A stretch of 64,000 bases of DNA from Chrysomallon squamiferum (lineage: Eukaryota; Animalia; Mollusca): NCBI GenBank assembly GCA_012295275.1, contig CM022667.1, forward strand, positions 21,576,001-21,640,000. The letters are read 5' to 3'. A program made the translations under genes and the position numbers. How positions within the stretch are numbered: the stretch's first letter is position 1; each line of letters opens with the position of its first letter. The notes under the pieces were generated by a model. That model did not search any database, was not told the origin of the DNA, and saw only the letters and a list, made by a program, of their open reading frames with translations. This document shows positions 54,704 to 64,000 of the stretch, piece by piece.

Positions 54704-56697
54704 ATGGATGTACCTCAGTGTGAAGGTAGGTTTTAATCTTCTCACAAATCATATTATCCTAATGTTCGACAGGTTCTTTAAAAAATAATGAATATTTAAA
54801 CGTATATATTTTACTATAACTGATTGTTCTCATTAATCTAAAATGTACATTAATGATTAGTAAGACAGTCGTTTTCTTAAACATCTTTCTGAAGACAGAT
54901 TTTACTGATGAATAAAAACTAATTTGATGTAAAACCTCTTATATTTGTTATTAATTATTATTACTAAAATTATTTTTAAGGTTTTTTTTTATGACTTTTA
55001 ATTATAATTACTATTTCTGTGGTTTGTCGTTTTTGATTTTATTTTATTTTATACGTTTATAGTTTGTGTGATAAATGTGCGCAGACTGATATAAGGATGA
55101 ATACTGAAAAATCACTGAAGATGTTTGTTTGCTTGTTTGTTTGTTTTTCTATTTTCCACAAGAACTTTTTCAGCCAAACGTGACAGAGACAGTATTCCTA
55201 AAAGATCGCTGGGATCCGGTATGCGGGGCAGTGTGCCTGCTGTTTCATCGGACGTTGCTATGGAAACTAATATTTCTATGGGGAAGAACGTGGGGCTAGC
55301 CAGTGGCACATCATTAATAGTGGGAACTATCATAGGTTAGACAGGCGCTATAAAGCTTTTATATAAATAAATAACAGATATATTCAAAAATACATTTTAG
55401 TATAGTATTAGTAGTAGTAGTAATAATAATAATAATAATAATAATAATGTTGTTATTATTATTATTACATTTTTAAAACTATCTGTTTTCTGTTTCATTC
55501 AATTTTATATGAAAACTGTACTTATACTATGGTATTGTAATCTTTCCTATTTTTGTAAACAAAATTTAAAACGTTTGTGATTTATTACTGTCCATTTGCT
55601 GATAAAATGGCATTAAACTCTTTCATGCTCTTCTTTGTTTCGCATTATTTCAAAAAGTCTCCTAAAGTCAGCTTCAAATCTTGATTATAAACATAAAATA
55701 GTTATAATTATATTTGTTTGTTCCTTTAACTGTAATAATATTACTTGTTTGTTCCTTTTAATTGTAATATTACTATTGTGTGTTATACTTGTGATTGTTA
55801 CTATTGTGTGTAATACTTGAAATATTACTATTGTGTGTTATACTTGTACTATTACTATTGTGTTATACTTGTAATATTACTATTGTGTTATACTTGTATT
55901 ATTACTATTGTGCATTGTACTTGTAATATTGCTATTGTGTGTTGTACTTGTAATATTACTATTGTGTGTTATGCTTGTATTATTAGTTTTGTGCATTGTA
56001 CTTGTAATATTAGTAATGTGTGTTATACTTGTAATATTACTATTGTCTGTTATACTTGTTATATTACTATTGTGCGTTATACTTGTATTATTACTATTGT
56101 CTGTTATTCATGTATTATTTCTATAGGGTTATTCTTGTAATATTACTTTAAAAAATTATACTTATTATATCGTATTATACTTGTAATATTACTATTGTGT
56201 GTTATACTTGTAATATTACTTTAAAAGATTATACTTATTATATCGTATTATACTTGTAATATTACTATTGTGTGTTATACTTATATTACTATTGTATGTT
56301 AAACTTGTAATATTACTATTATGCGTTAAATTTGTAATATTACTATTATGCGTTAAACTTGTAATATTACTATTATGCGTTAAACTTGTAATATTACTAT
56401 TGTGTGTTAAACTTTTACTATTACTATTCTGGGTTTTAGTTGAAATGCATCTGTTAACGTTGTTAGCAATACTACTTCGTTTTACAATTTTTAAATACAG
56501 TCATTAATATTCACATATTACTTTTATTTTCTAGGGTCAGGTATATTTATCTCTCCAAAAGGAGTTCTGCAAAACACTGGATCAGTTGGTCTTTGTCTGC
56601 TGGTGTGGGCCGGTTCAGGAATTATAGCACTTCTAGGTAAAACTCATCACGTTCTGCTTTCTAGCCTTCTAATCTTAGTATCTGCCTTGATCGTTAG

Positions 56698-56733
<36 letters not shown>

Positions 56734-59229
56734 ATAATAATAATAATAATAATAATATAACACAATACAATGCTATTTTACATTCCACAAACAGTATATA
56801 GACGCACATTCACCAAACAATACTCTCATATGTACAAACAAACATAAAACATACGTACATAAAATATACATACATAAAACATACGTACATACATACATAC
56901 ATTATGGCTGCCGGAAATGCGGCTTCGGCTGCAACGCTAAAAAATTGTTTGTTTTTGGAAATGATACTAAACACCCCTTAATGTTTTACAATAATTTGTC
57001 ATTCTTTTTATATAAAATACAGTAACACATTTTATCACAAAACACACTAAAATGACCATAAACCATTAAACTCGTGTTTCCAGTATCTACATTTCAAAGC
57101 AGACTCCTCTACTAAATTAGCGGCTCATTGTACTCCTCAGCATGGCTAGCTCGACTGTCACAGTTCTACATGCATCCCTGAACACCTACATACACACCTT
57201 TAAATACGTTTTTTATCCTGCTCTGAAACTGTTACTTACATTAACACAAAAGGTTAATTCTTTTTAATAATAAAGCTAGATTTATAATTATTACTTTTTA
57301 ATAACAAAGCCCCTTATGCTATAAATTCTGACAATACTTAACTTCGTTATGTTGTTAATGCTAATATTTATTTCTAGGTGGTCTGGTGTATGCTGAGCTA
57401 GGTATGGTTGTTAAGAAGTCGGGAGGTGAATATGCTTACATAAGAGAAGCTTTCGGTAACGTGCCCGCCTTCCTGTACGCCTGGACGACAGTGATCGTGA
57501 CGAGGACGTCCTCAATAGCTATAATTAGTCTGACCTTTGCGGAATACACGGCCTCTTTGTTTGAAAGGTGTGGTCAGCCTGATACACCAAAGAAACTAGT
57601 AGCTGCCATTGTCCTAGGTATTACATAACTGAATGATCCACTTATTAATACTTGCTTAGGGTGGACAGACGTCCTTCTTATGGAAAGACTATTCTGTTTT
57701 AGTCCGTCTTGTACCATCTCAAGGACGTTAATTCATTATCATGAATATGAATTTCTTTCAGAATTTTATTTATACTGTATGAATGCTAATATCATGTATG
57801 TAACATATGTGTTTATGTAAAAAAAGAAAAGAAAAAAAGGAAATTTAAGAAAACACTAAAATAGCCCTCATGACATTATAGTGATATCTAGCAAATCAAC
57901 ACGTCTAACTACTTTTTGCATATTTTATAAAACTTTATATTCCAACTCATCATTAAAAATAAATGTAATAGAAGGTTTTTTTGTCTGTTTTTTCGATACC
58001 TGCTTTTTGGAAATATTGAAATAGCTGCCTTTAAAAATAAAACACAGCACTATGGCGTTAATATTAATTAGCATAATTACGTTGCCACATTTACCTTGAT
58101 ATTTTTATCTTAGCATAACTAGATCCGCCGCAGTACATGTGTTTATTCGTTAATAATATGAATACAATTCTGAACTGAATTTAACTGATTTTCCTAGTTT
58201 AACAATAGCAGATTCGGCATAATAAATTGTAACCGTTTTGAAGCAAATTTGTACTCTTGTTGATGTTGTTGTTGTTGTTATCATTATTATTATCATTTCC
58301 AGTAACTATTGCGCTAGTAAACAGCTACAGTGTAAATCTGGCGGCAAGAGTTCAAGTGTTCTTCACCGTGGCAAAAGTTGTCGCCCTGATTGTTATTATC
58401 ATCGGTGGAATTGTTAAACTGGCTCAAGGTATGGATATTTTCATTCTCCTTTTCTCTAGATGATGATGATGACAGTAATAGTTATTATCAGTGTTGTTGT
58501 CGTTGTTACTTCTATTATTATTACTACTGCAGGCTGGGTATATGAAATAGGAACTGGATTTACAGACACAGCCGATTCTCCTACAGCGATAGCTCTTTCC
58601 TTTTACAGCGCCCTCTGGGCCTACGACGGTTGGTAGGTACACGTGCTTCCGTTGTGTGTGTATGTATGGATTTGTCTGTATGTGCGTGTATGTGTATGTA
58701 TGTTGTGGGTATGTTCCAGTGTGTATGTGTGTTTGTGAGTATGCGTTTGTATGTATGTGTGTATATGTTGGTGTGTATGTGTATGTATGTCTTTGTATTT
58801 ATTTGTAAGTATGTGTATTTGTGTATGTGTTAGTGTGAGTGTCTTTACGTGAGGTTTTGTGCGTTTATGTATTTCTGAGTGTGTATGTTTGAGCGTATGT
58901 GTGTTTAGTTGTGTATGTGTTTGCGTGCGTGAGTAAGAGTTTTGGGGTTATGTTAGATGTAGCAAGGATTTCATCTGTTCTCTTTTACCACTGACAGATT
59001 CTTGCATGTGTAAAAGTTGGTAAAATTTTATATTTATATATTTTACAGGAACAATCTGAACTATGTTACAGAAGAATTACAAAATCCTAGAAGGTAAATA
59101 TGTTATAAATTATTTAATGACTGAATTAATTCCTTAGCAACTTGTTGCGTGAATCATTCCACACTGTGTTATGTTGAAAATTTAAACATAATAATACTAC
59201 TAGTGTACATATGCGATAAAAAAAATTAA

Positions 59230-59260
<31 letters not shown>

Positions 59261-59707
59261 TAAAAGTCCACAAATAATAATAATTCTGCATCACTGAAAA
59301 GAGCATACAAAAACTTATGGCACATGTATGTTCCGAAAATTACTATAATTTTGGCTTACTGTTTTAAGTTTTATTGAATAAATAGTTAATTAAATTCTCA
59401 TAATCTCCCTTAAAAAGCAAGACAACTCTTGGAAATTTCTGTTCATAAAGTTCATTGCATCAAATTAAAATTCTACCTTAGCTAAAGTTAGAGCTACTTA
59501 CTATAAATATAAACTGATGTAGAATGAAATGAATAATCTAAGAGGAGGCGATAATTATTTGTGACCGTATTAAATACTTTCTAGGATACCAAAAGAAAGA
59601 GTACAAAAGCGAACCTATTGAGAAATATGTACATTAAGCCAATAACACGTTTTACACCGGAAAGTTTTAAAACGACCGAACTACAAGACAAGTATAACAA
59701 CAACAAT

Positions 59708-59740
<33 letters not shown>

Positions 59741-60286
59741 AATAATAAATAAATCTAAAATAAAAAGAAAGAAATATTGTTTCAGTAACTATTATTTCTT
59801 ATGAAGATACAGTATCACCTAATAATAATAATAATAATAATAATAGCAACAACAACAAAATAACTTATTGTAAAATTTTCATATTTAAAACAAACAAAAA
59901 TACGTAAGTAGGCTAAATTTTGTTTATTTGTTTTGCTATTTTAAAAACATGAAACTACTAAATTTTCATTGTCATAATTTAGTTTAACTATTCCACATTA
60001 TCAATTATAATTTGGAAATACTGAAAAAAAATCTATTTCTCATGCATTAACTTTATATTTCTTATATCTATATCTATATATATTGAATTTCTTATATATA
60101 CATTTATTTATTTATTTGTTATTTTAGAAATTTGCCTCTAGCTAATATTGGCGGAGTTCTCTTAGTTATGGCTGCTTATATTTTGACAAATGTTTCCTAC
60201 CTCACAGTGATGTCCAAACAAGAAATGCTGGATACCACAGCTGTTGCAGTGGTAGGTTTAAATTATTAATTTAAATATAATTAAAA

Positions 60287-60321
<35 letters not shown>

Positions 60322-62689
60322 ATTAATTAATTAAAATACTGAGAAAAGGTAATAGACTAAAAGTTTACTAAGCATTCAGTGTTCAAAAATAACAAACTAA
60401 ATAAAGCTGGAGGGGTATGAATATCTGGGCAAAAATTAAACACAACAGAAACTATCTCTTACTTCGAGCTATCGATAATGTTAAATGCAATAAATAATAT
60501 TAAGAGTAATAACACTTGTGAGAACTGTTTTACAAGTAACGTGAAAGTGAGTGTTTGCCACACGGTGTACGAGTGTTTGCCACACAGTGTACGAGTGTTT
60601 GCCACACAGTGTACGTGTGTTTGCCACACAGTGTACGTCTGTTTGCCACACAGTGTACGAGTGTTTGCCACAAAGTGTACGACTGTCGGCTCAGAGCTGA
60701 TGTTTTAAACTAAATTCTTATCAAAACTGATTTTTTATTTTTTATTATTATTATTTTTTTTAAAGTCACTTTTTTTTTTTTTAAAGTGGGCTCGAATCAA
60801 AACATCATTTTTTTCTTCAGTACGCTGTTTTACTTGATATAAGCGCTTTGCACTTCAGTTACCTGAATCACTTTACTTGCAGCTGTGGGCTGACAGAGTT
60901 ATCGGCGCTGCTGCAATAATTATTCCAATCTCTGTGATGGTGTCAACGTTTGGTGCAGCCAATGGTTCAGCCTTCGCAACAAGCCGGTATAACACTTTAT
61001 TTAACCATTTTGTTTATTTCTTTTTCGCTCTTTATATTTAAGTGTCCCATCTAATTATTATCTTTTTAAAAATTTCTTTAAAAAAAATTATGTTATTAAT
61101 ATTAATATGCCAGAGAGTTAAAAAAAAATGCAGCAATTCAGAAAACGTATATCTTCACAAATTATTTTTAATATGTCATGGAATACAGCAGTGATTTTTT
61201 TCAAACATTTAAAAAATACATGCTTCGATTGTTGCTTCTTTAATATTTATACATTTACAATTATACTGAAATGATTTATTTTTTATTATTGAAACAAACA
61301 CAGAGTATATTTACTTTTATTTTAAGAATTGCATTTGTCGCTGCCAGAGACAACAACCTGCCTCAGGTCCTGTCCTTCATACACTACAAACGACGCACAC
61401 CTCTCCCGTCTATGCTTTTCACTGTGAGTACCTCGCAGAGCTTTTAAGTGTAATTATATTTCAGAGCCTTTAACTATAAATATATCGCAGAGCTTTTAAC
61501 AGTAAATATATTTTAGAGCTTTTAACTTTAAACACATCTCAGAGCTTTTAAGCGCTGTTTACTGTAAGTTCACTTCAGAGCTTATCGCTGTATGATACAT
61601 AGATGTGTTGAGAGGTTTTCACAGTAAAGCGGATTATCCTGAATGTTACCAGTTGTTATTATAAATAAATAAATAAATAAATAAAAATACTTTAAAAATA
61701 TTGATTGTTATGATTTTCATATTTCCGGTGTAGTCATGACAAGAAAAGACAACTGTTATTCATCTGTTTGTCTGTCTGTCTAGTTATTTATTTTAGATTT
61801 TGTTTTATTCGGTAGTTCATTTTCAAACGAAATACCTTTTGTTGTTAACCAGAAATTGTTTTATTAACAGTTTTCATTAAATAACTATTCTTGTTCAGCT
61901 GAGCGTGAGTGTGTATCTGTGTGTGCGTATGCGTGTGCATATGTCTGTGTATGTTTATTATAATTTTATCATTAATAGAAATATATCATGTGTATTTATT
62001 AAACACTGATTTCTGGATTCATCTAAATGTTTTATTTCTTGTTTCTATAAATTTATTTTAGTGTTTCGTGGCTCTTCTGATGATCATACCAGGAAACATT
62101 GGCGGTCTCATACAGTTTTTTAGTTTTACTTCTTGGATGTTTTATGGGTTGACGTTTACTTCACTTGTTATACTTAGATACACGAAGAAGGACGTTGAAA
62201 GACCGTACAAGGTAGACATTTACACCGCTCTGTTTGCAATCCTATTCTTCTACTCTCTTTTTTCATTTCTTTCTTTCTTTCTGTATGTCGGTGTGTATTT
62301 TTAACTGATTTTTCTTTGTTTAATTTTATTGTATTAGTTTTATTTATTTATTTATTTACTTACTTACTTACTTACATACTTACCTTCTAATTTATTTATT
62401 TATTTATTTACTTATATTTTTATTTATATATTACGTTTCTCGATGTTGTTAACTGGCAGCCTGTTTCGTTATTGTTGTTGTTTTTGTTGTCGTCGTTATG
62501 TAGTGTCAACAAACTGTTCTGAAATACAGAATAATTAGAGAAAATAATTGAGAATTACAACCAGTCTGTGTTTTCTTTTTATTTCTTTAATAAAAATAGC
62601 TAATAATCGCTTAACCAGTTTATAAATACATAAAATTAAATATGAACTCGTTTATACCCATCAAAATACCCAAACAAACACACACACAA

Positions 62690-62773
<84 letters not shown>

Positions 62774-63390
62774 AAAGATAATGTAAAGCACATTATAAAT
62801 GAATGTTTAAATATAAAACTACAGTATATAAATATAAAAAACAAATAACAAGAAACTATACCATGAAAATATTTCAACACGAATGGTGAAAAATGTTAAT
62901 TCTATGACGTGAATTTTTTTTCTTTTTCCTTACATCGCTGCGTCTTTCTGTGTTTCAGGTTCCTCTTGTCATTCCAGTTCTGATGATGTTTGTGTCTCTG
63001 TACCTCGTCATCGCTCCAGTCATAAATGAACCACGGATTGAATTCCTATACGCTTTCCTCTTCATTCTAGGAGGTCTTATTTTCTACGTACCATTCGTTC
63101 ATCTAAGTCTTAAATTTAAATGTTTAGGTAAGTATCCTAAATACTTTTACATAAACTGTTTAATTTATTTCAGTGTTTGATTATAAGTACTTGTGGATAT
63201 GTTTGTGTGCGTGTGTACATATACACAATTTTTTATATATTTATATATTTACATACACACATTCACTGGTATATACTTGCATTTGTTCAAGTTTATTGTA
63301 TATACCTTTATATCTATTTCAGATAAACTTACTATTTATTTACAACTGTTTCTCGAGGTTGTACCATGTTGTTACACTCCTGTTGACTAG
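54704..63390 (+). CDS. SLC7A9: b(0,+)-type amino acid transporter 1-like (SLC7 heteromeric transporter light chain)
   Basis: Exons 54704-54725 (least certain), 55174-55335, 56535-56636, 57378-57617, 58303-58428, 58533-58632, 59049-59093, 60128-60251, 60883-60986, 61327-61423, 62062-62211, 62959-63127 and 63323-63390 (TAG), all GT-AG and phase-consistent. Motifs: [25 protein letters not shown]...KSGGEYAY, extracellular Cys (FERCGQP) for the heavy-chain disulfide, [38 protein letters not shown] and C-terminal LQLFLEVVP. Confidence 0.93.
55730..56420. repeat. 27-bp minisatellite (GTAATATTACTATTGTGTGTTATACTT)
   Basis: Tandem degenerate array in a SLC7A9 intron; explains the VILLLCVKL and CYTCNITIV ORFs. 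Confidence 0.9.
57657..57730 (+). mobile_element. Possible 5' end of a hAT (Blackjack-like) non-autonomous element
   Basis: TAGGGTGGACAGACGTCC resembles the TAGGGTGACCA-type hAT terminus. No partner end was found. Confidence 0.3.
60549..60682. repeat. 22-bp minisatellite (GAGTGTTTGCCACACAGTGTAC) x6
   Basis: Six near-identical contiguous units without spacers. Confidence 0.92.
61432..61585. repeat. Degenerate ~26-bp tandem repeat (CAGAGCTTTTAACAGTAAATATAT)
   Basis: Five to six copies immediately after the SLC7A9 exon donor at 61423. Confidence 0.75.
62678..62768. repeat. Compound (AC)n(AG)n microsatellite
   Basis: Direct reading; source of the RERERE and SLSLSL ORFs. Confidence 0.95.
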
Positions 63391-63705
63391 ACGAGATCTA
63401 AAGCTTGACTTCATATATTCAGTATTTGTACCAAAAAATAATAAATTTCATCATCAAGCAGAACACAGACTCAGTGCTGTCGTTGATCGACCTGTATCGG
63501 TAAACAGTTGCATGTTATGAAGGAACGTATTATGGGTGTGCATGTACGTTTGTGTGTGTATGAGCGTGTGAGTGTGGATGTGTGTATATATGTTTGTGTG
63601 TGTATATGTGTGTGTGTGAATATATTATGTACATATATATATATGTGTGTGTGTGTGTGTGGATGTGTGTGTGTTAATATATTTATGTATGTGTGTGTAT
63701 ATATA

Positions 63706-63736
<31 letters not shown>

Positions 63737-64000
63737 ATGTGTGTGTATATGTATGTATGTGTGTGTGTACCTGTTTGTGTTTATAAGTGATTGTGTATGT
63801 ATTTTATGTGTATGTCTATCTGAGTAATTTCTGAAAACGTGAAAAATAACGAATAAACACTAAAATCAGTTTAATGAGTTTTGTTGAATAGTTTATTAGA
63901 AATAATAACTTGATAAAAATATTAAACAAACTGTAAAATTATATTGTGCTTGTTGTTATATTCATTAACTGCAATCTTTTGAAAATGTCAGCAAAAGAGA

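Noticed and set aside
55817-56507. Cys-rich or hydrophobic repeat ORFs resembling metallothionein or membrane peptides
   Set aside because: Translations of the 27-bp intronic minisatellite.
60549-60682. Regular 22-bp repeats (also 40352-41526) as a CRISPR-like array
   Set aside because: Units are contiguous with no unique spacers, there are no cas genes, and the context is eukaryotic: ordinary minisatellites.

Overview
AT-rich, microsatellite-rich animal genomic DNA, probably a lophotrochozoan such as a mollusc (inferred from protein style and repeat content; not verifiable here). Five spliced genes were reconstructed by hand from splice sites and reading phase. (1) The 5' part of a plasma-membrane-type Na+/H+ exchanger (SLC9A/NHE, minus strand, runs off the left edge). 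(2) An ankyrin-repeat/SOCS-box (ASB) gene on the minus strand, head-to-head with (3) cytoplasmic dynein 1 light intermediate chain (plus strand, 12 exons). (4) A ZFP91/ZNF692/ZNF653-like C2H2 zinc-finger gene (minus strand) whose last three fingers are cut off by a frameshift plus a nonsense codon. (5) A complete b(0,+)-type amino-acid transporter light chain (SLC7A9-like, plus strand, 13 coding exons). Introns and intergenic DNA hold DNA-transposon relics (hAT, Tc1, Tigger/pogo, MITEs, one nested pair), several minisatellites and a perfect 71-bp inverted repeat. The most notable observations are a U12-type minor intron and a candidate 12-nt microexon in the dynein LIC gene, the truncated zinc-finger gene, alternative splice sites in the ASB gene and a hairpin/uORF arrangement at the dynein LIC start codon. 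I found no convincing wholly new biological system, and no rRNA, tRNA or CRISPR array.
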